Below, piece by piece: positions 13,379 to 26,600 of a stretch of 64,000 nt of DNA. Position numbers and translations under genes: made by a program. Position 1 is the first letter of the stretch; each line of letters begins with the position of its first letter. The notes beneath the pieces were generated by a model that was not told the origin of the DNA, did not search any database, and saw only the letters and a program-made list of their open reading frames with translations. The stretch is from Podarcis pityusensis (taxonomy: Eukaryota), in NCBI GenBank assembly GCA_964106645.2, contig OZ067049.1. One strand, written 5' to 3'.

Positions 13379-16166
13379 CTGATGGGAACGGTTGGTGGAG
13401 CTTCTGCTTCGCTTGCAGAAGGTCCCAGGTTCAATCTTTGGCATTCTAGGTATGGATTTGAGAGACCCCTGTTTGCAACCCTGGAGACCCACTGATAATC
13501 AGCATAGTCAGGTCAACAGTCTGATTCAGCATAAGACATCTTCCTACCTTCTTCCACTGTTCCTCTAGGCTGCGTCTCATGTCTGCGTCATGCTCTGACT
13601 TAAGGTGGATCATGCTAACATTACCACTGCCATTTTCTTTTTGCTCTTGCTGTGAAGGGTTTTAAAAAAGGAAGGAAGGATCTAAAGGGGAAGAGAGATT
13701 GGATACATTAAATACCTAAAAGTAGCTTCTGTGTAATAGTTGAAGCTTAAAGGTGAGTCCTGGCTCTAAGAAGGTTGCATATTAAAGCAAAGAACTAGTA
13801 TTAGAGGCATACTGGACTGGAGGTAGTACATAATCATCATGGCTAATAGACACTTTTAAAACCATCTAGGTTGATGGGCATCACTACATGTTTTGGCAGA
13901 AAATCCTATAGTTTAACTTTGCACTGGGCGAAGTAGTGATTCCTTTTGTCTGCCTTGCATCTTCATTGGATGACTCCAGGCTTTAGCATTATGAGAAAGC
14001 CAATTTTGCCGATTTTGGTTTCCCCCCTTAAGATTTCTTTATACTACTACTATTCCCCGTAAGCACTATGATCATAGTGTTGTTGTGAGAAGGCTGAAAT
14101 GGGCACAAGGAGAAACCACTGCTTGGGACTCCTTGAAGACAGACATGCTTCATTTCTTGATGCTGAAATGCACAACACAGTGTGTGGCTTAACTAACTTT
14201 CTTGCGTTATCTGCTCTGCACATAGAACATTTTCCTGCTTTCCAGTTGCGGCACAGATTGTGTTGATCTGTGGTGTTACGTTTATCATGTGTAGATGGTA
14301 TTGATTGGTGCTGGGGAACTTGCAAGTACATACAATTGTTGGATGGGGTAGATAAAGAAAAATGTATGTGTAGGGGGGTGGTTTAGCTGTTGTGTAAGAC
14401 TTATTTTATTTCTATTGTGCACATAAAAAGCAGTTCTTCCTAACAGACTGTGCACTACACCCAGGAAAGACTGTTGACACTCATAGTTTGGAGTAAGTCC
14501 TGCCAGTTAGAGTCAGGTTCTTTTCATCACTGAAACATGGCCTGAATGTGCATATATACAAACAACTAAGCATATACAGATTTTATGCAAATTAGAACAA
14601 TGTGCCAGCTTGCCAGGTCTTTTTATGTACCTAGCAGCTGCCCAGACACTGACACTTACTTCTGAGTAAACATGCCTAGGATTGCACAGTAAATCTCCTG
14701 CGCCAGTGACCCAAGTTCTTTTTCATTGGTTCCTTCCTATAAACGCAGCTATGATGCCCTGACTTTAAAAGAAACCACAAAGCCTAATCATCATGTTATC
14801 TCCAGACTTAGTCTGCTCTTGGAACCCTTCCCTCTTGCCCCCTTTTTATTCTCCTCTTGTAATAGCTTCCACATGCTCATGCAAAAGCGTGGCACATTTT
14901 TAAAATCCTTGGCATAGAAATCAATTAAGCAAAGCGGCCGGGACTTCACAGCAGCGCTGCAGCAGGAGAAGCGATTTAGAAACGCGGCGATCTTACTTTG
15001 CAAATTGTGACCCGATCTTGAGCTCAAGCCCACCAAGGAGAGGAATGAACCAAAACACAAAGTAACACTTCGTGTGGAATGGAGATGATCATGGGGTTCT
15101 CTTTTGAGGAGAGCCCATGTCGAAAAGGAAGGTGTACGTCATCTTCAAAAATGGCAAATAATCATGTTCGTCTGTTTCTGTTGTTGTCCAGGAGGCAGAT
15201 CCAAAAGCAACAGTAGAGCCAATGAAAATGTCACAAAATAGTGAGCAAGCTTTTGAGTTACCTGTGGATGGATGCTACCCAAGTGAATGAATGGTGAGAT
15301 GAGAGAGAGAGAGAGAAAAGAAATGTTCCTGGGCCTTATGAAGATAGCCCTGGGCCACACCAACACCATATATTTAAAAGACACCTACACCACTTTAAAA
15401 GCCATGGCATTCCCCCCCCCCCCCCAAATCCTGGGATGCTTGGATTTGTAGCTCTGTGGGGGGCGGCGGTCCTACTCTCAGCACCATCAACAAACTACTG
15501 TTCCCAGAATTCTTTGGGTGAAGCCATGACTGTTCAAGTGGTGTGGATGTGACCTGCCTACGTTTGGTGAGATAGCCTGGTGCATAAGAGTACAAACTAA
15601 ACCTGTGATCCCATGCATACCTCCAAGACAGCAGAGGTAATATTCAGCTAAATCAGAGTGCATGGAAATGAATGAACATAAGTTAGGCCCGTTGACTTCA
15701 TTAGATCTAATCAGAGTAAAACTTAGCTGAATGCCACCTTAAGTCCCTGTACCAAGAGGGACTCTTCTGCTGATCTTAACACTGGAGAGGGTCTCCTCCA
15801 AACCTGAAGCTGAACTACCACCAGCTTCTTAAGCACCATTCCCCCCAAATGTATATTTGCCACTGACTGATAGTTATTTAACACTTCTGGGTTCTGGGAT
15901 GCCCTCCTAAGGAGTGGGAGCACCATCACTTCCTTCAAGTGGATGGTACCTTCCCCTTCTCCAGTGAAGCATCATTCCCTGGACCCACCCAGGCGAGCTT
16001 TTTTCCTTCTTCCTCCATTCCTCCAGCTTTGCCTGATGAAGAGTTCTGGATAACTTGAAAACTTGCTCATGCTTTTGTGACATTTTACTTGGCCTAATTA
16101 AGTTTTTTTTTTTTTTTTTTAAAGGATTACTTTTTATTATTTATTTATTTCTCCAGGTATAAATCA

Positions 16167-16614
16167 GACACGGGTGGCACTGTGGGTTAAACCATAGAGC
16201 CTAGGGCTTAGAATCATAGAATCATAGAGTTGGAAGAGACCACAAGGGCTATCGAGTCCAACCCCCTGCCAAGCAGGAAACACCATCAGAGCACTCCTGA
16301 CATATGGTTGTCAAGCCTCTGCTTAAAGACCTCCATAGAAAAAGGTCGGCGGTTCGAATCCCCGCGACAGGGTGAGCTCCCGTTGCTCGGTCCCTGCTCC
16401 TGCCAACCTAGCAGTTCGAAAGCACGAAGTACAAGGAGATAAATACCCTCTGGAAGGAGGGTAAATGGCATTTCACCAGAAGCGGCTTAGTCATGCTGGC
16501 CACATGACCCGGAAGCTGTACGCTGGCTCCCTCGGCCAGTAAAGCGAGATGAGCACCGCAACCCTAGAGTTGGCCGCGACTGGACCTAATGGTCAGGGGT
16601 TCCTTTACCTTTAC
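16167..16614 (+). mobile_element. Sauria SINE interrupted by a CR1 3' fragment
   Basis: SINE head 16167-16208, resumes ~16340, ends in ctttacctttac. Imperfect TSD ccag(g/c)tataaat. Confidence 0.88.
16209..16335 (-). mobile_element. CR1 LINE 3' end nested in a Sauria SINE
   Basis: tagaatcatagaatcatagagttggaagagacc is the reverse complement of the (ATTCTATG)n CR1 tail and terminal sequence. Confidence 0.85.
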
Positions 16615-19600
16615 CAGCTATAAATACAAAATCATAAGATCTTGATAAATATTAACAATGCATGTGAATTATTGTTCTACTTAATAAATACATTTTAAGC
16701 CATAGCTAGAACATAAAGAGTATGACTTTTATAATAAAAAAATATTGAATTTTATAAATTATTCATTTAGTTAAAAATACGTATAGACTGCCCCTCATAC
16801 AAATTCCCAGTCTGGTGTACAACAAGATTTACAAAAGAGATAAAATACTATTAAAAACAGTACAGGATGATCATAAAAATGACATACGGTTCTCCAGCCG
16901 TAACTAGATTTTTTCCAGACATAACTTTCAACATGTGCTATATAATAGTGAAACCGCTATAGAATAGAAAAGCGAACTCTGTTATAACTATGAACAAAGC
17001 TTTTTGATCCGACGTGTATTCCTGCTATGTCTCTCCCAATAACGAATATGGGATTAATGAGTCCTGCACTTCGTTATTTATTGGAACAACAAAGTGGCCT
17101 AATAAAGGTATTTCTAAGTTTGTAGATTTTTGTCCTGCAGACCAGCATTGCTACATTTGCTTTTTGCATAAACCAAAACATAACATGCTCTTTGGATATT
17201 GTAGAGCAGCCTTCATCAACCAGATGTTTTGCACTACAATACCGATCAGTCCCAGGTTGAACGTTGTCGTCCACAACATCTGGAGAGCACCAGTCTGGTG
17301 ACAGCTGTTGCAGAGAGAGCAGCCACATTTCTTTACCTTAACTGAAGCCAAGAGAGGCAACTCTGAAGAGCATGCCTTGAAGACTGGGATCAACCTTCAG
17401 CACCATTCCTTGTGTCTGCATCTTAAGAGGCAGGTGTTCCCTTCCTGTCGCCTGAAAGCTGCAGCCTGGCCCCCAACAAACAGTGCTGTTGTAGAGTTTA
17501 AGGGCACATCTACACCACAGATTGAATGTGGTATGAAAGATGTTCCATTTCCTCAAGAAACCCCAGGGGAAATATAGTCCGGGGCAGGTGGGCAGAGAAG
17601 TGATCTCTGTCAGAGAATCTCAACATCCTCACCAAACTACCAAAGAATTCTTTGCGGAAAGCCAGGGTTGTGAAACTGGTATAAAATGGATGCAAATGTG
17701 TAGGACATGTGCAACTGCAGATTTGAACCAGGTGAAAACTGGTTGATTTCCACGGATTCTCTCAAAATACTCTGGAGGCTGTTTGTTCTGGATGCGGACA
17801 GTTGTTTGTTAAGAGATCTCACCTGCCTCGCAGAACGATTCCTGGGATGAGAACAATTGGAAGGATAGCAACAGGAAGATTTAAAGAAGGAACTATTGGA
17901 AACTCAAGGCAGTAGAAACATAAGATGATTGGACCCCACTGAACTTCAAGCATGGGAAGCCCCAACACAAATTTATAATTTGGCAAAATATTTGGACTAT
18001 ATGATATGTATTTGTATAATTTGGAATATTTAATGTGATCTGATTGGATTGTTAAAATGGAAAACTTAATAAAAAATATTTTTAAAAAAGAGAAAAATTC
18101 CAATGTAAAGTAGTTTTAAAATGGTAGCAGTAACTCCACAAGCATAAAGGCTCTTTTCCTGACTGGGTTCAAATTTGATTTCTGCTGGGTGGCTCTCTGC
18201 TGGGTGAAGGACCCCTGATCAGATGGCTCTTATGAGCTGGAGACACCGTTGCGAGATGCACCTTCGTGGAGAGCCTGCTTCCGCCATTCCAAGAGTGTGA
18301 AATACCTCTTTCATGAAACAAGCAAAGCTGATAGATTTCATTGTAGCTTTTAAGCAGCTAAATGCTAGTTAAAACCTGTAAACATGTCCACATGCCTTCC
18401 TCTAAGCAGCGAGGTTCTTAACGTGTGGCGCCTCCTGGATTAAGGAAGATCCTTCATGCAGCTACGCCGGGGAACCAGCCGGGACTTTAGCCCTAGATAC
18501 AGTTATACTTATTGTCATATTTCTATATACCTAAGCTATTCTTTATGATGGAAAGGAGGTGGGTGCCGCAATCGGGGGTTGATCAAGGAGCTGGTGGAAA
18601 CCTAGACATGATTAACATGCGGCGTATGCGTTTGTGACTTTGCCAAACCTTTACCAGGTGTAAGGCCAGTTTTGTGAATTTCTGTGCACATATGCAGTAC
18701 TTGCATGCTGTAGAAATCAGTGATCAGTGTGAAAGTGTTGGTTTTTACCAGGGTTAGTGGGCCTCCAGATTATGTTGGACTCCTCCTCTCAGCAGATGCA
18801 GCCACCATAAACAATGGTCAGGGAGGATGGAAGCTGCAGTCCATCAACATCTGGAGGGCCAGATGTTTTCCCCATCCCTAGTTAAAACCAAGTCCTCTTA
18901 AATGCTACTTCTCCTGAGATGTTTTTGTGCTCATGTTTGGATGCCTGAGTAAAATGCTCACTTTTTCCTTTAAGAACCACACACACAATCCTCAAAGGGG
19001 AATTTTGACCCCTTCAGAAGGCATTCTTCATGGACTCAAAGCTCATCCTTTATGAACTTCATATGACACACATAACAAGAGCACCGCTGGATCAAGCCAA
19101 AGGCTCATCATAGTCCGGCATTCTCTTCTCTCAACGGCCAGCCAAATATCTATGGGAAGCCTGCAAGGGGGATCTGAGTGCGACAGCCCTTACTGCAATT
19201 GTAACTCCCAGCAACTCGTATTCAGAGGCGTCCTGGGTTTAGGACATAGACATTGTGCCTAGTAGCCACTGACCTTCTGTGAAAATCAGTCTAATCTACT
19301 TTTAAAGCCATCCGGATGAGTGGCCATCACTACTTCTTGTTGAGAGCAAATGCCATAGCTCAACTACGTATTATGAAGAAGTGCCTTTTTTTGTGTCTGT
19401 CCTGAATCTTTCAACGTTCAGCTTCACAGAACGTCCCTGAGTTCTTGTGTTCTATATCCATTTTCTCCACACCTCAGCTCAATCATATCCCTCCCTTACT
19501 CACCTTACATTGAGATCCCAGGGCTTGAACCTGCACCTTCTGCATGCCCAGATGTTCTACCACAGAGCTATGAATCTTCCTGTATAACTCGTAAGGATAC

Positions 19601-22019
19601 CTAATGCGGTCAAGAACGACTGGAAGATTGGCTGCACTTTGCAAACTAAAATTGGTTTTTTAAAAAAACAATTATATTTGTACGATCTTTATCATGATTT
19701 TCTTGTAAAGAGATATTAAACCCCACAGGGGGTGATACAGACTGGGGTGTGCGTGTGTGTGTGTGTGTGAGAGAGAGAGAGATGTGTGTGTGTCTACTGT
19801 GTTTGTCTGTATACAGTACATGCAAATTATGTTATATACAAATACACATACATAGGCACACATGTAGAAATCCCATTGTTTAGATTTCTGTCACAAGCGA
19901 TGAGAATATTTAATTTTCTTTTATCTCTGGGGTTTTCATTATCATTTAAATTTCATTTCACACTAATTGATCTGGGATTAGCAAAGCCATTATTCAGAAA
20001 TCAGACTTAAGACGAGCCAGAATGTGATGAATAATTCATGACACCCAATTACATGTTACGAACCTGGTGTACTTTAAAAAAAAAACCAACTTGCTTCGAA
20101 CTTCCAGTCTGTTGTGAAATGAAATGACGCGTAGGCACTTAAAAGTCAAGCAACAGCCCCACGCTCTCTTAGCGCAGCTGTGCTCTCTGGACCTTGCCAC
20201 CTCCTTGCTTCAAACTCAAGTCTTAAACACGGGGGAGGGAGAACTGGCTTCCAGAATACCCAGAAACTACAGATCACCTTGTCCTCAAGAAAAAAAGTGA
20301 AGAGAAGCCCTGGGGAGAGAAAAAGAAAGGAAAAGAAAAGAGCAGAAGTAACTTGATGAGCCGGAGAATGCAGTTTAGCAGGGAAATGTGGCACCAGAGC
20401 ATGCCGCCTGATAGCTAAGTTCTAATGCATAGTGAAAAGATGTGTGTGTTTGGCAGAGAAGCCGTGGCTGGGCTCGTATAGTATTTTTCTCCCATCCTGA
20501 GATACATTATCAGGAGGAAGATGAGTGATTGACTTGCCAAGGGATGCCTGCAGAAGGAAATATCCTGGTGCCCCTGTTGAGAAGCCTTCAGGAACATAGG
20601 AAGCTGTCCATGTGGTTCAGTATAATCCACAATGACCAGCAGCTGATTTCTGGGGTTTCAGGCAGCGCTCTCTCCCAGCCAAACCTGGGTGGACATGGGA
20701 CCTTCTGCATGCAAATCAGATGCTCTGTTAGTGAATTACAGCCCCTCCTCCCTGATCAGAACAGCAGCCATCTTTTATTGCTTTAAAAAAGTGCCTCATA
20801 TGAGTGCGCATGAAAATTGTCATGTGGGAACTGACCATGGGAGCTGCTTAAACACTACCTTTTCCCAGGGGGCAGGAGAGCTTGTGGGTGCACCCCAGTG
20901 ACAGCAGGGAGCCCCAGGGTAGGGGTGTGTGCAGTCAGTTCGGGCGTGAGCTTAAGTTGAAGAGATAGAAGCAGAAGTGAAAGTCCTACTGCTACCTATA
21001 AATACACTGGTGAGTGGGACTGGTTGCCCGTCTTCCATTTCTGTATTTTGGATCTGCTAGTAGTAATTATTATAGTTCTCATATGTAGGTTGTTAAGTTC
21101 ATGCTTCCTTTAAAAAAACAAAAACAAAACCATTATGTCCTATGGAATTGTTTTGTGCTGCTTTAAAACGTGGATTTTTGTTTTGGTATTTGTTTGTGAT
21201 ATTTTTAGGATGTTGTAAACCACTCAGAAGTTTCTTTGAAATATGGAGTGGTATACTAATAAATAAATAAATAAATAAATAAATTCTGCAGATGTGGAAG
21301 TTGTACCTGTAACATTTCAAGGGGCAGTTTTTTGCTTGGTTCTGCGAAAGGGCCACTGTGACCATGAGCTCCCTGCATTTGAATAGAAAACTGAAATACC
21401 AATACCAATACCAATAATAATACTAATACCACTGGCCTGTTGCATCAGTTCATAAACATTTAGTCCTAAGTGCTGACATGGATGTAACCTTTGCACTTTG
21501 GACTATGGCAGCAGGTACCTCTCTAACCTTTTATTTAATATAACAGCCTTATTTAATAAAGCAGCCTTGAACCCACCCAGTATTCCCTAGGAATGCTTAG
21601 AAACAAACAAACAAACAAAAATAATCAGTATTTTGAAATCAGTAGTAAAACCTAGGCAAAAACCTGCTACATAATCTCAGGAACCTCCATGCACAGTTTG
21701 GTTAAAATCAGTGCCATTCTGAAATGTTCAGTCCACCATCCTGATTCAAAATGGCATCTAGTTGTATCCAAACGTCGGCGAAAACCCGTTTCATTCACTC
21801 AGTAGCCATGCAAAATTTGGTTACGACATATTTTTAAAAATGCATAGCGAGCGAGCAACTTTTCAAAACATATCGTGCGTTATTATACATATATATCATT
21901 TAATAGACTTCTGGCTTGCTCTTCAGAGCAAAAAACAAAAACGCTCCACCTTTTTGAAAATACAGTTTTTAAAGGAAAGCAATGAAAAATTTCTAAACAG
22001 CAAGTTAGATAACAGCAGC

Positions 22020-23178
<1,159 letters not shown>

Positions 23179-23569
23179 TAGCATGCTGTGCAGGGCAACT
23201 GCAGCTCCCAGGCTTATTTGGGTGTGCTTTAAATCGGTGGGGTGTGGTTGCACCCTGGATCCTCCCACCCGCTGCACCTTCCAGCTTCCACCTCACAGGA
23301 TCATTTGTCGGCTTCTTGATCCTCCCAGTAGGAGACAAAGTGCTGCCCTTCTTTGCTTGTTGGACTCTAACTTCCGTCAACCCCGACTAGCATGGCCAGT
23401 GCTCAGGCTAGCAACATCTGGCAGGCCGCAGGCATACCCTGTAAGCACCACTTCATCCTTCACTCATACTCTTTCTTGGCGGCAACTCTAGGGGAATATG
23501 ATATCCACCAGAATGTTACTATGGGGAGGGGTGGGGGACCTCTCTGGTAGGATGAACATAGACATTGAG

Positions 23570-23699
23570 CAGGCATGGCCAAACTTGGCCCTCCAGATGT
23601 TTTGGGACTACAACTCCCATCATCCCTAGCTAACAGTGGTCAGGGATAATGGGAGTTGTAGTCCCAAAACATCTGGAGGGCCAAGTTTGGCCATGCCTG
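23570..23699. mobile_element. Palindromic hAT-type MITE
   Basis: caggcatggccaaacttggccctccagatgttttgggactacaactccc and its reverse complement at the other end. Confidence 0.85.
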
Positions 23700-26600
23700 A
23701 GAAGGTGGTTGGAGGCAGTAATACTACAGAGATCTCAAGGAGGGAGAGTGTTTTTGTTCTACTTGAGGGCTTCCCGCAAGCACCTAGTCGGCCGCTGGGA
23801 GGACAGGATGCTAGACTAGATGGGCCAATGGCCTGATCCAGGCTCCTCTTATGCTCTTATGTTCAAGCAAGAGCCAAGCTTGTAACTTGCCTTGTGCAAA
23901 AACTATTGTTGTTGTTAATTTGTGATCCCTATTGTCTTGGTTCATCGCTGGCACCACCCTAACATTAAGCTAAGCCCTGTAAGGAAGGTGAGGGAGGCTG
24001 TGCCTTTGCCCAGGGGCTCTAAATCAAACGTGGCATCTTAGCACATTCATCCCAAAGCCTTCTGCCCCAGATTAAAGGCATGGCACAGATTCCTTCCTTC
24101 TCTTGTGCAGAGTTGATTCACGTTTTCAAAAAGAGTGGGTGTGTCGGGGCTGCTTTGTTCACCTGCACTTCTGCTCCCCCCCCCCCGTTTAATTATTTTT
24201 TCTTCTGCATGCCCCATGAGGAATTTAGAGCATCTCCCTCTCCCCCACCTCCTGTCCCAGTGGTGGCAGGTTTTGGAGGTTTCACATGCCTCTGAAACTC
24301 TGTACCACATGCTGCAGAGGAGTTGCACAAGTTGCGCTTTCTCACGTTGCCATGAAGGACAAAAAGGGAAGCCTAGCCACAGATCTGCACCTTACATTTA
24401 AAGCACATTCAGTGCACGTTTTAAGCACCTGACTTACCTCAAATAATCCTGGGAACTGTAGTTTGTCCAGGGCGCTTGGCTCTGGAAGAACTACAGTTCC
24501 CAGAATTATTCGAAATCTCATGCTTTCAACGAGTGTGGAATGTGCTTTAAATGTGTGGTGTGGAATAAATAATAATTAATAAATCTGTCCTGAGTTGCAG
24601 GTCCAGCCTACTTCCTGGCTTGCCAGAGTAGGCAAAGCAGCTCTTCATTATTTCTCCTTTTGTGAATGTCTTTTTTTCTCTAGGACTGCATATGCAGCAT
24701 ACATTTCAAACACTTCTGCCAGCTCAGCCAAGAGTACTGGGACCTGTAATTTGTGTGGGTGCTGGGAGTTGTAAACTACAGTTCTTAAGATGGGGGGGGG
24801 AGAGACATGTGCTGCTGTAAAATGTATGGTGTGTACAAGGCCTGAGGGGGGGGGCAGGTTACAGCTGTCCCTCAAGCCCTTGGAACCTGCAGGGAAGCAG
24901 ATTTCGGTGAGAATTTAGGAGGAAATTGCTAAAGGCAAGTCCTGTTTGGCAGCGGAACAGACTGCCTCAAAGAGATGTTGGCTGGACAGCCACCTGCCGG
25001 TATGTAGTGCTGCAGCTGCCTCTTCCATATTTACCTGGGAGTAAGCCCCATTGAATTCCATGGGACTTAACTTCTGGTTAAACTTGCATAAGATTGGGCT
25101 TTAAGGCCGTTAAATCTTAGTACACTGACTTGAGATTAAGCTCTATTGAAATTAGCAGTACCTCCTTCTGCACAAACACCTATGCAAACATTTGGGGTAT
25201 GTTGCTATAGTCCTAAGCACACATACAGCCTGATCTTATTGATCGTTTACTTGAAAATAGGTCCCCCTGAGTTCAATGGGACTTACTCCCAGATAAGTGT
25301 GGTGCTTCATTTAGAAGATAACTGACCCTGAAATTTGATGAATGTGTCTTAAGTCTGCAGCGTTACTGAGGAGGTACAGTAACAAGGGCTGGATCATCCT
25401 TCTTTGACTGGGGTGCTGTAGTGGCTAGAACCAGAAAGGTCTGGGTTCAAATCCTTGCCCAGAAGCCATGGGCCAGTCACACTTGCTGCCTTGCAGGACT
25501 GTTGGGAGAATAAAAGGACAGCCAGGGAAGAACAATATAGGCTGCCCTCAGATCCTTGGAGGAAAGATGAGATAAAACTGCATAAGTGAATAATAAACAT
25601 CATTAAAATAGAAAATACCACTAGAGAAGTCCAGATTTTACAAAGTGACCCTTGCCTTATTTTCATACTAGTAAGTATATAATACAAACAAATTTGTGAA
25701 AGTAAGTACTGATAAAAGAAGATTATAAATTAAGAAGCAGCTGCATTAAACTCTTGGATGTATTTCTGAGTGATTTTATTAAGTCTTTCTTGCTGGGGTT
25801 TTTTTTTGGGGGGGGGGCGTTGTTGAGTGTTTTATCGTTTTTGAGTTTCCTAATTTGAATGGAGTTCGTAAAACACTTTCAGAGTGCACTAGGTTTCTTT
25901 GATACATTTATAATTTGCCTCCCCCAAACTGCTGTCTTGTAAGGGCCTGAACTACCAACTCATCAGAAGGAGAAAGAAAGGAGTTTGTAAGGTAGTAGAA
26001 CGGACATAGAATAAACGTTTATTCAATGCTCCAGTATGTAAAACAACAGCATCAAAAGCTACCTGCAGAGTGCAATACCAGCACACAGGGAGCAGACAGT
26101 CCTTCTCCTTGATGCGCTAGCTTTTTAATTGAAGGGAATTGTCACAGATGGGGAACAACAACAACAATAATAATAAAACCAACCAGCATCCCCCAGACTG
26201 AAGTGATACAACCCATTCTGCTCCTTTTTGTCCTGATTGCATAGATCAGGTCTAAGTCAGTATTTTCCTAGCCTATCTGCCTGCAGATGCTAGGAGATGT
26301 GGAAGATATTTTGTCATTTTAAGGTGTGTCCATATTGCCTTTATTTTGAAGCTGACATTCTGCCCAGAATATTACAGAAAATATTTTTGAGATATTCTGG
26401 TCAATAGCACATATATCAGGTATGTCAATCATAATGTTGTTGGTCACAATGCAATTTTGTTTAATCAAATTGGTATGGTTTTTAATTATTGTTTGTTGGT
26501 TTTATTTGTATAATATTAGTATAATATCATTTTATAAACAGGGTTTCTTTGTGTGCTTTATTGTATTCTGCTGTGAAAATGTTCTTTTTAAACTGAGAAG

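Noticed and set aside
18380-18400. p63/p53 response element (also ~48210-48231)
   Set aside because: Only one good half-site each, with non-canonical spacing.
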